Assembly (NCBI GenBank): GCA_964345515.1
Contig: CAYFRX010000002.1
Location: 1-41,902, forward strand
Length of the DNA stretch: 41,902 bases
Direction: 5' to 3'
Source: an uncultured Rhodothermales bacterium
GTDB lineage: Bacteria > Bacteroidota > Rhodothermia > Rhodothermales > Salinibacteraceae
This document shows positions 25,997 through 35,775 of the stretch, piece after piece. Each line of letters opens with the position of its first letter. The stretch's first letter is position 1. The position numbers and the translations under genes are program-made. Under the pieces are notes generated by a model that searched no databases, was not told the origin of the DNA, and saw only the letters and a list, made by a program, of their open reading frames with translations.

Positions 25997-26240
25997 TCCC
26001 TGGTGTGGACAGAGGGGCGGCGCGCACTTATATTGATCTAACCCAACAACGCTAGCTGGGGCTCACGTGCTTGATGATCCGAAGAGACGGCGGACGGTAG
26101 ACGGAAGACCGCCTCGTTGAGGCAACCTGCTGGTCCATCGTCCGCGGTCCGTCTGGGCACCACGGAGATGCCTCGGAACTTGGGATACAATACCCTCCAC
26201 CTCCCTCGCACTTGTTCGGACTCGCTCACCCGCCAAACTC

Positions 26241-26540
26241 ATGCGCCTATCGCTCGTCTTTTCGCTCATCATCGCCGTGCTGGCGGTGGTGTTTGCCCTG
26301 CAAAATCCGCAGTCGATGGAGGTCAACCTGCTGTTTGTTGATACGCAGGGCTCCACGGCACTCGTCCTGATCGTCACCTTTGGGATCGGCGTCCTCGTAG
26401 GACTCCTCAGCACGCTGCCGGGTCGTATTCGGGATCGGCGCAAAATCAAGTCGCTCGAAAAGTCACTCCAGAAGGTGCAAGACGCGTCGTTCTCCTCTCC
26501 GTCGTCGTCCTCGTCGAGCCCCTCCTCCAGCGCAAAGTGA
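26241..26540 (+). CDS. LapA-domain (DUF1049-like) small inner-membrane protein with a Ser-rich tail
   Basis: 99 aa with two transmembrane helices (LVFSLIIAVLAVVFAL and ALVLIVTFGIGVLVGLL). Basic linker RIRDRRKIK. C-terminal SSPSSSSSSPSSSAK. Confidence 0.6.
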   Translation: MRLSLVFSLIIAVLAVVFALQNPQSMEVNLLFVDTQGSTALVLIVTFGIGVLVGLLSTLPGRIRDRRKIKSLEKSLQKVQDASFSSPSSSSSSPSSSAK

Positions 26541-26575
26541 TCGCCGCTGGTTGTCGGCTTGCTTACTCGAATCCA

Positions 26576-27658
26576 ATGTCTACCCGTCTCTCCAAAGTTC
26601 TGCCCGGTCGGAAGCGCACCAACAAAGTGGGGTTGCCCCCCGGGGCCGTCGTCTTCGTCGGCGAAGACACCTCGCGGGCCGTTCAGCTCGCGGTCACCGA
26701 TTTCAACCCGAACCGCCTGGAGGAATGGACGGCCGAGGGCGTGGAGGACCTCCTCCCGCTCCGCGACTCCGAGACGGTCAGCTGGATCCAGGCGGACGGT
26801 CTTCACGACACCGATCTGATCCGCGCGATTGGGGACGCCTTCGGCATCCACCCCCTCGTGCTCGAAGACATCGTCCACACCGGACAGCGGCCTAAGCTGG
26901 AGGAATACGACGATTACCTGTTCCTCGTCCTCAAAATGATTTACCACGACGAGGCCACCCAGCGGCTGCGCCTGGAGCACGTGAGCTTCATCGTGGGGTC
27001 GCACTTTGTGCTGAGTTTTCAGGAAGACCCAGGCGACGTGTTCGATCCCGTCCGCGAGCGCATCCGTTCGGCGCGTGGGCGGGTCCGTAAGCTCGAAGCC
27101 GACTATATGACCTACGCGCTCCTCGACGTGATCGTTGACCATTACTTCGTCGCTCTGGAGCGGTTTGGCGAGCAGGTTGAAGACCTCGAAGAACAGATCT
27201 TGGACGTTCCAACGGCCCGGATCCAAAGCGAAATCAACGACCTGCGGCGGCAGCTCATTGCAATGCGCCGGGCCGTGTGGCCGGTGCGGGAGCTGCTGGG
27301 CCGGCTGGAACGGCTCGAATCGCCGCTCGTCCACGACGTAACTCGCCCGTTTCTCCGCGACGCCTACGACCACGCCGTCCAGATCGTCGACATCGTGGAA
27401 TCCCTGCGCGACCTCGTCAGCGGACTGACCGATCTGTACATGACCTCGATCAGCAACCGGATGAACGAGATCATGAAGGTGCTGACGATCATCGGCACCA
27501 TCTTCATCCCGCTCACGTTTGTGGCTGGCATCTACGGGATGAACTTCGAAAACATGCCGGAGCTGTCGTGGCAGTACGGATACTTCGCCGTGTGGGGCGT
27601 CATGATCGTCGTTGCTGCGCTGCTGCTGGTCTCCTTCCGTCGCCGCGAGTGGATCTGA
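26576..27658 (+). CDS. corA: CorA magnesium/cobalt transporter
   Basis: Start at ATG 26576. The GMN signature lies in AGIYGMNFENMPEL, between two C-terminal transmembrane helices. Typical cytoplasmic CorA domain. Confidence 0.9.
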   Translation: MSTRLSKVLPGRKRTNKVGLPPGAVVFVGEDTSRAVQLAVTDFNPNRLEEWTAEGVEDLLPLRDSETVSWIQADGLHDTDLIRAIGDAFGIHPLVLEDIVHTGQRPKLEEYDDYLFLVLKMIYHDEATQRLRLEHVSFIVGSHFVLSFQEDPGDVFDPVRERIRSARGRVRKLEADYMTYALLDVIVDHYFVALERFGEQVEDLEEQILDVPTARIQSEINDLRRQLIAMRRAVWPVRELLGRLERLESPLVHDVTRPFLRDAYDHAVQIVDIVESLRDLVSGLTDLYMTSISNRMNEIMKVLTIIGTIFIPLTFVAGIYGMNFENMPELSWQYGYFAVWGVMIVVAALLLVSFRRREWI

Positions 27659-27664
27659 TGCCCC

Positions 27665-28594
27665 ATGGCTACCGTGTCCCCGCCTCCGCTGCATCCCGGC
27701 GACCGCATCCTCGTTCTGGCCCCGTCCAGTGCGCCCCGCGACGCGCTGGAACTCACCCAGGGGCTCAATCACCTGCGCGACCTGGGCTATGACGCCGACG
27801 TGGACTTCGACGCCGATGCGCAACGGGGCTATCTCGCGGCCCCGGATGCTGACCGCCTGCGCGTGCTGAACCGCGCGCTCCGCCGCACTGACGCACACGC
27901 CATGGTGTGCATTCGCGGCGGGTACGGCGCCCTGCGGCTGCTCCCGCACCTCGACTACGACGCGGCCCGGCGCCATCCGAAGCTGCTCATCGGATACAGC
28001 GACGTCACTGCGCTCCAGTGGGCCCTCCTCGCCCGCGCCGGGTGGAAGAGCCTCTCCGGCCCGGTGCTCACCGAGTGGCCAAACCTCGACCCCGCGGCGA
28101 CCCAGCTCCTCCAATCCCTCTTGGAGGGCGGCCAACCGGAGGCTCTGCACCTGCCGGACGCGCCGTCGCTCCAACCAATTACGCCCGGAACGGCCGAGGG
28201 CACGCTCGTCGGTGGCAACCTCTCGGTGTGCTCCCGCCTGGTCGGGACACCGTACGTGCCCGACCTGTCCGGTGCCCTCCTCTTTTTGGAGGACGTTGAG
28301 GAGGCTCCATACCGCGTCGACCGGATGCTGGCCCACCTGGCACTGGCCGGCTGGCTCGACGATCTCGGTGGCGTCGTGCTGGGCCGGTTTACGACCGGGA
28401 CGGTCAACGGTCCCAGCTTGTCTCTGGATGCGGTGTTCCGCGACTACTTCGGGGATCGGCCCTATCCGGTCGCCACGGGCCTGCCGTACGGCCACTTCAT
28501 GCCACGGGCGACCGTTCCCATCGGAGCGCGTGCCCAGCTCACCGTATCCAATGATGCAACAACCCTTGCGCTATTGGAGCCCGTAACGCAGTAA
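27665..28594 (+). CDS. ldcA: LD-carboxypeptidase (peptidase S66, muramoyltetrapeptide carboxypeptidase)
   Basis: 309 aa. Ser nucleophile motif LIGYSDVTALQ. Motifs FLEDVEEAPYRVDRML and GLPYGHF. Confidence 0.85.
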   Translation: MATVSPPPLHPGDRILVLAPSSAPRDALELTQGLNHLRDLGYDADVDFDADAQRGYLAAPDADRLRVLNRALRRTDAHAMVCIRGGYGALRLLPHLDYDAARRHPKLLIGYSDVTALQWALLARAGWKSLSGPVLTEWPNLDPAATQLLQSLLEGGQPEALHLPDAPSLQPITPGTAEGTLVGGNLSVCSRLVGTPYVPDLSGALLFLEDVEEAPYRVDRMLAHLALAGWLDDLGGVVLGRFTTGTVNGPSLSLDAVFRDYFGDRPYPVATGLPYGHFMPRATVPIGARAQLTVSNDATTLALLEPVTQ

Positions 28595-28713
28595 TCCAGC
28601 ACGAGTCGTCAAGAAACGGGCAAAACTTACCCGCGCACTGGTCTTTCTCCGTCCCTACCCCCATCTTGGTGGCTCTCGTGACTCATCGGGCCACTCTCCG
28701 CCCCGTCCGCTTA

Positions 28714-29388
28714 ATGCCTGCCTCCGCCGACGCGCCGTCCGAGTCGTTGCCTGCTCCGCTGCAGTTGGCCGTCTTCGCTAGCGGCGGGGGGACCAATTTT
28801 CAGGCGATCCTCGATGCCGTGGCCCGTGGCGACGTTGCAGCCGAGGTCGTCCTGTGCGTTAGCGACCGCTCGGCGGCTGGTGCCCTCGACCGCGCCCGCC
28901 AGCACGACATTCCGACCGCCGTGCTGGACGCCACCGACGCTGAACACGAGGCCGAGCTGCTCAATGTGCTCGACGCCCACGACGTAAACTTCGTCGGGCT
29001 TGCGGGCTACCTCCGGAAAATCCCCGCGGGCGTCGTGGATCGGTTTCGCCACCGGATGACCAACATCCACCCGGCGCTCCTGCCCGCGTTTGGCGGACAG
29101 GGCATGTACGGGATGAACGTGCACCGTGCCGTGATCGACTACGGCGCGCGCTGGTCTGGGGCAACCGTGCACTTGGTGGACGAATCGTACGACACCGGAC
29201 CGATCGTGCTGCAAGAACCCGTTCCCGTCTATCCGGACGACACGGCCGAGCAGCTCGCCGCTCGCGTCCTGAAGGTCGAACACCGTTTGTACCCCGAGGC
29301 GCTGCGCCTCTTCGCCGCGGGTCGCGTGCGCTGCGAGGGCCGCACCGTTTTCATCGATCCTGTGGCCACCGAGGCTGCATCCCACTAA
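28714..29388 (+). CDS. purN: Phosphoribosylglycinamide formyltransferase
   Basis: Start at ATG 28714. Motifs LAVFASGGGTNFQAILDA, NIHPALLPAFGG and ATVHLVDESYDTGPIVLQ. Confidence 0.9.
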   Translation: MPASADAPSESLPAPLQLAVFASGGGTNFQAILDAVARGDVAAEVVLCVSDRSAAGALDRARQHDIPTAVLDATDAEHEAELLNVLDAHDVNFVGLAGYLRKIPAGVVDRFRHRMTNIHPALLPAFGGQGMYGMNVHRAVIDYGARWSGATVHLVDESYDTGPIVLQEPVPVYPDDTAEQLAARVLKVEHRLYPEALRLFAAGRVRCEGRTVFIDPVATEAASH

Positions 29389-29425
29389 TTTCTGTCCTGC
29401 TCACCGACTCGCCTTTTGCCGGTTC

Positions 29426-31030
29426 ATGATTTCCACCAAAGACCTCCCGCCGCCCGATGATCAATACCCGGTGCGACGGGCCCTGCTCTCCGTATTCGAC
29501 AAGACGGAGATCGTGCCTTTTGCACGGCGACTGCACGACCTGGGCGTCACCCTCCTCTCGACGGGAGGCACAGCCCGCACGCTCCGCGAGGCCGGTCTGC
29601 CGGTGGAGAACGTATCCGACGTGACGGGCTACCCCGAAGTGCTTGGCGGACGCGTCAAGTCGATGCATCCAGCTATCCACGCCGGCATCCTCGCGCGCCG
29701 CACTGATGAGGAGGATCTCGGCGAACTGGACGAGCATGACATCGTCCCCATCGACCTCGTCGTCACGAACCTGTATCCCTTCCAGGATGCGATCGCCGAC
29801 GGGGCCGACGACGTGGCTCACGCCGTTGAGAACATCGACATCGGCGGCCCTACGATGGTGCGCGCCGCGGCGAAGAACCACTTTTTTGTGGGCGTGGTGA
29901 CCGATCCAGCCGACTACGAGGCCGTCGCCGACGAGCTCGAAGCACAGGACGGCCAGCTCTCGATGGCCACGCGCCAGCGCCTCGCTGCCATCGCCTTTGC
30001 GCACACGGCAGCGTACGATCAAGCCATCGCGACGTATTTCGCGGATCACGTTGCGCCAGAAGATAGCGAAGATGCGCTGCCGGCCACGCTCGACGAACAG
30101 CTGCCCCGCGTTCAGACGCTGCGCTACGGGGAAAACCCACATCAGCGGGCGGCGCTTTACGGCGCGCCGGGCCGGTTCTTCGAGAAGCTGCACGGCAAGG
30201 CCCTCTCGTTCAACAACCTGATGGACCTGAGCGCGGCGCTGCTCCTGATCGACGAGTTTCGCGATCATCTGCCCACCTGTGCCATCCTGAAGCACACAAA
30301 CCCGTGCGGCGTGGCGGCGGCTGACGCGCTGGAGACGGCCTACGAGCGCGCCTTCGCGACAGATCGGCAATCGCCCTACGGCGGCATCGTGGCCGTCAAC
30401 CGGCCCCTCGACCGCGCGACGGCCGAGGCCATCGACGCCATCTTCACCGAGCTCATCATCGCGCCCGACTTTGAGGATGGCGTGCTCGACTTCCTGCAGC
30501 AGAAGAAAAACCGCCGCCTCATCCGCAGCCGGGAGCCGGCCCGCCAGGATCAGCGGTACGACATGCGCTCGGTGCTCGGCGGGCTGCTCGTGCAGGACCG
30601 CGATGCCGCGTTTCCGCCGCAGAAAGCAATGCAGGAGGTGTGGGACATCGTGACCGAGCGGCCGCCCACCGACGCCGAGCGGGCCGACCTTGACTTCGCG
30701 TGGCGGGTGGTCAAGCACGTGAAGAGTAACGCCATCGTGTACGCGAAGGACCGCGCCACCCTCGGCATTGGCGCCGGCCAGATGAGCCGCATCGACGCAT
30801 CCGAGATTGCCGTCATGAAAGGCCAGAAATCGGAACTTGATTTCACGGGTTCCGTGGTAGCCTCGGATGCCTTCTTCCCCTTCGCCGACGGCCTCGTCGC
30901 TGCAGCCGAGCAGGGCGCCCGGGCCGCGATCCAACCCGGCGGATCGATTCGCGACGACGAAGTGATTGCCGCCGCCAACGACCACGACATGACCATGGCG
31001 TTCACCGGGCATCGTCATTTCCGGCACTAA
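29426..31030 (+). CDS. purH: Bifunctional AICAR transformylase / IMP cyclohydrolase
   Basis: 534 aa. MGS-like N-terminus RALLSVFDKT ... LLSTGGTA. Motifs GGRVKSMHP, ILKHTNPCG, AIVYAKD ... GIGAGQMSR and FFPFADG. Confidence 0.95.
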   Translation: MISTKDLPPPDDQYPVRRALLSVFDKTEIVPFARRLHDLGVTLLSTGGTARTLREAGLPVENVSDVTGYPEVLGGRVKSMHPAIHAGILARRTDEEDLGELDEHDIVPIDLVVTNLYPFQDAIADGADDVAHAVENIDIGGPTMVRAAAKNHFFVGVVTDPADYEAVADELEAQDGQLSMATRQRLAAIAFAHTAAYDQAIATYFADHVAPEDSEDALPATLDEQLPRVQTLRYGENPHQRAALYGAPGRFFEKLHGKALSFNNLMDLSAALLLIDEFRDHLPTCAILKHTNPCGVAAADALETAYERAFATDRQSPYGGIVAVNRPLDRATAEAIDAIFTELIIAPDFEDGVLDFLQQKKNRRLIRSREPARQDQRYDMRSVLGGLLVQDRDAAFPPQKAMQEVWDIVTERPPTDAERADLDFAWRVVKHVKSNAIVYAKDRATLGIGAGQMSRIDASEIAVMKGQKSELDFTGSVVASDAFFPFADGLVAAAEQGARAAIQPGGSIRDDEVIAAANDHDMTMAFTGHRHFRH

Positions 31031-31240
31031 ACGAGCATCGATCCCGGTCAACAAAGATGGTATTATGTCGTAAAGAGTACGGCGTGGGGAACTTTCGCAC
31101 TGTCTTTGCTCGCTAGGTTACCAGCGGGTCTCTTCGGAGCCGTCTCTCCCGATTCTAACACCGCCCTCCCCGGCGACCGGGCGAACGTTCGTAGATATTC
31201 AAGTAGCTCCTAATGAACATTTCTGTACGTTATCAGATAG

Positions 31241-32251
31241 ATGGGTCTCTTTAACTTCTCCAATGACGTCGCAATCGATCTAGGGACGGCCAACACGCTC
31301 ATCTACATCCGTGGGCGAGGCATCGTGCTGAATGAGCCTAGTATCGTCGCCGTTGACACAAATACGAATCAGGTGCGCGAGATCGGGTACGAAGCGTTGC
31401 AGATGCACGAGCGCACCCACAAAGACATCAAGACAATCCGCCCGCTGAAGGACGGCGTCATTGCAGACTTCGAGGTCGCCGAGCAGATGATCCGGGGCTT
31501 CATCCGGAAGGTGCAGCAAAGCTGGCTCTCGACGATCCGCCGGATGGTGGTGTGCGTGCCCAGCGGCATCACCGAGGTCGAAAAGCGGGCCGTGCGCGAC
31601 TCGGCCGAGCACGCCGGTGCAAAGCGGGTCCATCTCATTGAGGAGCCGATGGCCGCTGCCGTGGGCATCGGGCTCAACATCGATGAGGCGGTCGGCAACA
31701 TGATCGTCGACATCGGAGGCGGCACGACGGAAATCGCCGTCATCGCCCTCTCGGGCATCGTCATCGACGAATCGATCCGAATCGGCGGGGACGAGCTGGA
31801 TACGTCGATTGTGCAGTATTTCAAGCGGAATCACAACCTGTTGATCGGGCAGCGAACGGCCGAGCGCATCAAGTGCGAAATTGGGAGTGCCGTGGACCTC
31901 GATCCCGAGCTGGAGCTGTCGGTAAAGGGGCGCGACCTGGTGAGCGGGATTCCGAAGCTGCGCACGATCTCGTCCGAAGACGTGCGCGAGGCACTTCGCG
32001 ATAGCCTCGACCAGATCACGGCCGCCGTGCTGCGCTGCCTGGAGCAAACTCCGCCCGAGCTCGGCGCCGACGTGCTGGAGCGCGGTATCATGCTGACGGG
32101 CGGCGGCGCCATGCTCCGCGGCCTCGACGACATGATCCGCGACCGCGTCGAGCTCCCCGTGTACGTCGCCGAAGACCCGCTGACGGCCGTCGTGCGCGGC
32201 ACCGGCAAAGTCCTCGAAGGCCTCGAAGAGTTTGAACGAGTGCTCACCTGA
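31241..32251 (+). CDS. mreB: Rod-shape-determining actin homologue MreB
   Basis: 336 aa. Motifs DVAIDLGTANTLIY, NEPSIVA, RPLKDGVIADF and DIGGGTTEIAVI. Confidence 0.97.
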   Translation: MGLFNFSNDVAIDLGTANTLIYIRGRGIVLNEPSIVAVDTNTNQVREIGYEALQMHERTHKDIKTIRPLKDGVIADFEVAEQMIRGFIRKVQQSWLSTIRRMVVCVPSGITEVEKRAVRDSAEHAGAKRVHLIEEPMAAAVGIGLNIDEAVGNMIVDIGGGTTEIAVIALSGIVIDESIRIGGDELDTSIVQYFKRNHNLLIGQRTAERIKCEIGSAVDLDPELELSVKGRDLVSGIPKLRTISSEDVREALRDSLDQITAAVLRCLEQTPPELGADVLERGIMLTGGGAMLRGLDDMIRDRVELPVYVAEDPLTAVVRGTGKVLEGLEEFERVLT

Positions 32252-32305
32252 CCCCGACGCTGCAGCGCGACCATCCTCTTTCTCTAGCCCTACAGGCTCC
32301 CCGCC

Positions 32306-33133
32306 ATGACTTCACGGCTTTGGGAACAGGTGCGCGATTGGGTGCTGCTCGCGGCCCTGCTTTTCCTATCCCTGTACGTCATGTTTACCCAGAACGACCC
32401 GCTCGTGCGAGCCGTGCGCGCCGAAGCGATGAGCCTGACGGCCCGCGTAGAAGGCACGTTTGCCTGGGTCGGACGATACTTCCGCGCCCTGGAGGAAAAT
32501 AACGAGCTGCGCCAGCAAAACATCGAGCTATCCAGTGAAGTGGTGCGCTCTCGGGAGGCGCGCATCCAGAACACGCACCTGCGCCGCATGCTCAACCTGC
32601 GCGACTCGCTCGGGTACGAACTGCGCGCCGCGCGTGTGATCGCCAAAGACATTACCCGGCAGCACAACCTGCTCACCCTCGACGTCGGATCGAAAGACAG
32701 CGTGGACGTGGGAATGTCTGTCGTGAACGAAGACGGCATTATCGGTAAGATCGTACTCGTGAGCGCGCAGTACGCCCGCGTCATGCCCTACCTGAACACC
32801 GACTTCCGCGTGCCTGCCAAGGTGCTCCCGATCGAAGCGGAGGGCATCGTGCGCTGGGAAGGCCGCGAGCCCGACCGTCTCCTGATGGAGCACGTCATCA
32901 AAACGGAGCCGGTGCGACGCGGGCAGCTGGTCGTGACGAGCGGCCACAGCGGCATCTTTCCGCCGGGCCGGGCCATCGGCCGGGTCGACTCCGTCGCGCG
33001 CCAGCCGGGCCGGAACGAGCTTCAGATGTACCTTACGCCCGCCGCGCCGATCAATGAGGTGGAGCACGCGTTCGTTATACTGCGCCGTCCGCCGGCCGAA
33101 CAGGTCGCTCTCGAGTCCGAGGCGATCCGTTGA
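32306..33133 (+). CDS. mreC: Rod-shape-determining protein MreC
   Basis: 275 aa. N-terminal transmembrane segment, coiled-coil region (LEENNELRQQNIELSSEV) and a beta-rich C-terminal domain (VVNEDGIIGKI ... VVTSGHSGIFPPGRAIGRV). Lies directly after mreB. Confidence 0.88.
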   Translation: MTSRLWEQVRDWVLLAALLFLSLYVMFTQNDPLVRAVRAEAMSLTARVEGTFAWVGRYFRALEENNELRQQNIELSSEVVRSREARIQNTHLRRMLNLRDSLGYELRAARVIAKDITRQHNLLTLDVGSKDSVDVGMSVVNEDGIIGKIVLVSAQYARVMPYLNTDFRVPAKVLPIEAEGIVRWEGREPDRLLMEHVIKTEPVRRGQLVVTSGHSGIFPPGRAIGRVDSVARQPGRNELQMYLTPAAPINEVEHAFVILRRPPAEQVALESEAIR

Positions 33134-33165
33134 GTCTCCTCCCATCACACCCTCCGCCGCCCGTG

Positions 33166-34725
33166 ATGTTGTCTGCTGCCCCGAACCGCACCGCCCGTCT
33201 CATCCGGACGCCTCTCGTGCTGCTCGTGCTTGGCCTGAGCCTTCATGCCACGCCGCTGCCGGCGCAACCGGCCCCACCGGCCACGCTGTCGAGCATCATC
33301 GATACGGCCCTCGCTCGAAGCGACTTCGACGGCTCGATCTGGGGCGTCGCGATCGCCAACCTGAACTCCGGCTACACGCTGTACGAACGACATCCGCACA
33401 CGCTCTTTACGCCGGCCTCCAACACCAAGCTCTTCACCTCGGCGGCCGCGCTGGAGCAGCTGGGGCCCGACTATCGGTTCCGGACGCGCGTCTACGCGAA
33501 CGGCACCGTCCGCGACAGCGTGCTCGACGGCAACCTCGTCGTGCGGGGCTCGGGCGATCCCACGATCGGCGGGCGCGAGCAGGAGGACGACCCGACCGCC
33601 GTCTTCCGCGCCTGGGCCGATTCGCTTCGGGCCGCCGGCATCAACCGCGTTACCGGCAATATCATCGGCGACGACGACATCTTCACCGACGAGCCGCTCG
33701 GCTACGGGTGGGGCTGGGACGATACGCCGTACTACTACGCGGCCGAGATCGGGGGACTCGCCTTCAACCGCAACACGGTTGACGTCACGATCGAATCGCG
33801 CTTCGTGGGCATGCCCGGTCATGTCCGCTGGGCGCCCTTCAACACCGACTACGTGACGATCGTCAATGAGACGGAGACCATCCCCGCCTCCAAAGAAGAA
33901 GACGAAGAGTACGAGCGCCCGCTGGGGAGCAATACCCTTTACTTGCGCACGAAGCTCCCGCAGGGCATGACGGAGGACGAGTCGCTCACCATCTCCAACC
34001 CGACGCTTTACTTTACGTACGTGCTCCGTCAGGTGTTGGAGCGGCAGGGCATCACGGTGGAGGGCACGGCGATTGACGTGGACGACCTCGACCGGAAGCC
34101 CGACTATGACGCGCCCGCGATGCGGCCAGTGGCTAGCTACACGTCCATCCCGCTGTCCGGCATCGTGAGTACGCTGAATCAGGAGAGCAGCAACCTGTAC
34201 GCCGAGCACATCCTCCGCACACTGGGCGTGGTGCACCCGGCCGACAGCGTGGATGATGACGTGGAGATCGGATCGGCGGAGATGGGCGTGGAGGCCGCCA
34301 TGCGCACGTATGTGCGGGCTCAAATCGATACGAGCCGCATCCAGTTTGCCGACGGATCAGGGCTTTCGCGGCACAACCTGGTGACGCCCCTGTCGGTCGT
34401 CAAGCTCCTCGCCTACCTCTGGGACCATCCCGACGACGCCGTCAAGACATTGTTTTACGACTCGCTGCCGGTGGGCGGCGAAAATGGCACGCTGGAATAC
34501 CGATTTCGCGGCGCGGCTCAGGCGCGCGGCCGCGTGCGGGGCAAAACGGGCACCCTCTCGAATGCGAGCGCGCTGAGCGGTTACGTCCGCACGGCCGACG
34601 GCACGCCGCTCGCTTTTTCCATTCTGTGCAACCACCACCTCACCGACACCGACTTCGTTCGGGAGGCGCAGGACATCATCGTGAACGCGTTGGCAGGGGA
34701 TGCCCCCTTGCCGGCACCGGAGTAG
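33166..34725 (+). CDS. dacB: D-alanyl-D-alanine carboxypeptidase/endopeptidase, PBP4 family (peptidase S13)
   Basis: S-x-x-K motif in [14 protein letters not shown] and K-T-G motif in VRGKTGTLS. Signal-like N-terminus. The start could be TTG 33130 (overlapping the mreC stop), GTG 33163 or ATG 33166; I list the ATG. Confidence 0.85.
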   Translation: MLSAAPNRTARLIRTPLVLLVLGLSLHATPLPAQPAPPATLSSIIDTALARSDFDGSIWGVAIANLNSGYTLYERHPHTLFTPASNTKLFTSAAALEQLGPDYRFRTRVYANGTVRDSVLDGNLVVRGSGDPTIGGREQEDDPTAVFRAWADSLRAAGINRVTGNIIGDDDIFTDEPLGYGWGWDDTPYYYAAEIGGLAFNRNTVDVTIESRFVGMPGHVRWAPFNTDYVTIVNETETIPASKEEDEEYERPLGSNTLYLRTKLPQGMTEDESLTISNPTLYFTYVLRQVLERQGITVEGTAIDVDDLDRKPDYDAPAMRPVASYTSIPLSGIVSTLNQESSNLYAEHILRTLGVVHPADSVDDDVEIGSAEMGVEAAMRTYVRAQIDTSRIQFADGSGLSRHNLVTPLSVVKLLAYLWDHPDDAVKTLFYDSLPVGGENGTLEYRFRGAAQARGRVRGKTGTLSNASALSGYVRTADGTPLAFSILCNHHLTDTDFVREAQDIIVNALAGDAPLPAPE

Positions 34726-34826
34726 AGAACCTCCCGGGAGCGGCTGATTATAAGGGCTGCGATGTTGTCCACGGGACGCATCGAGCTCGCTTATCGCTTT
34801 CTCAGAATCAGCACAGTGCTCCCTTG

Positions 34827-35390
34827 ATGACCCCCTCCAACCAGGATTCGCTGCACGCCACGACCGTTCTTGGCGTCCGATGGAACGGTACGGTAGCGCT
34901 CGGCTCGGACGGCCAGGCCACCATGGGCGAAACGGTGATGAAGCATAAGGCCGAAAAGGTCCGCTCGCTCTACGACAAAAAGATCCTCGCTGGTTTTGCC
35001 GGCTCCACGGCCGATGCGTTCACGCTGTTCGAGCGTTTCGAAGAGAAGTTGCAGGAATACGGCGGCAACCTCACGCGGTCGGCCGTCGAGCTGGCCAAAG
35101 AGTGGCGTACCGACCGGTATCTTCGGCGGTTGGAGGCCCTCCTCGCGGTCGCCTCATCGCGCCGGCTGCTCTTGATCAGCGGGAGCGGCGATGTCATCGA
35201 ACCCGACGATAGCATTGTAGCGATCGGTTCCGGGGGCCCGTTTGCACTGGCCGCCACGCGGGCACTCATGAAGCACAATCCGGACCTCGACGCGCGTACC
35301 ATCGTGGAGGAAGGCCTTTCGGTTGCCGCCGACATCTGCATCTACACCAACAATAATCTGACGATCCTCGACATCGAGAGCGAGGACTAG
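34827..35390 (+). CDS. hslV: HslV peptidase subunit of the HslUV protease
   Basis: Start at ATG 34827. [61 protein letters not shown] aligns residue for residue with E. coli-type HslV. The catalytic Thr-Thr is preceded by 11 residues. Confidence 0.9.
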   Translation: MTPSNQDSLHATTVLGVRWNGTVALGSDGQATMGETVMKHKAEKVRSLYDKKILAGFAGSTADAFTLFERFEEKLQEYGGNLTRSAVELAKEWRTDRYLRRLEALLAVASSRRLLLISGSGDVIEPDDSIVAIGSGGPFALAATRALMKHNPDLDARTIVEEGLSVAADICIYTNNNLTILDIESED

Positions 35391-35775
35391 CCCATCCGAA
35401 ATCGTCTCCATGGGTGCGCGGCCATCGAGCACATGTCGGCCCCCTGAAAGCGGGATCCAGCCTGGAAGGTCCCCTCACCCGTCAAAAGCACCGCCCGAGA
35501 GTGCACCCGCGCGGGCCGGCGTCGACGGCCGGGAGCGCCAATCGCACGTCCAAGTATGCTGAGCCGGACGTGCTGCCATGCACAAGAACTTTACGCGATA
35601 GGTATGTTTGGACGCTGAGGCGACGCAGCCCTCTCACAAGGGGACACATTTCATTCATCTTGGAGTAATACGATACAGGTGGTTTACGACGGGGGCATGC
35701 AACGAGCAAATTTATAAATCGAGCCTGCCCCCGCTCCCACCCCAACCGATTGTATTAACCATTATTCAGCCATTG

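Noticed and set aside
25997-26240. Looked for an M-box (Mg2+) riboswitch upstream of the LapA-like/corA pair
   Set aside because: I saw no match to the conserved M-box core. The region is GC-rich with only trivial pairings.
26063-28495. 810-aa minus-strand ORF, the longest unannotated ORF in the track
   Set aside because: It lies entirely antisense to three well-supported plus-strand genes: LapA-like, corA with its GMN motif, and ldcA with its GYSD motif. Its product is the R/G/V/H/D/E-rich, low-complexity type typical of shadow ORFs in high-GC DNA. I recognise no motif in it.
28595-28713. Looked for a ZTP (pfl) or other purine-related riboswitch upstream of purN and purH
   Set aside because: I could not find the conserved ZTP pseudoknot and CCGCCTGGGC-type elements by eye. 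An Infernal scan would be needed to exclude it formally.
29351-31054. 567-aa minus-strand ORF
   Set aside because: Antisense to purH, which is unambiguous.
33145-34323. 392-aa minus-strand ORF
   Set aside because: Antisense to the PBP4/dacB gene, which has its SxxK and KTG motifs. It is a shadow ORF.
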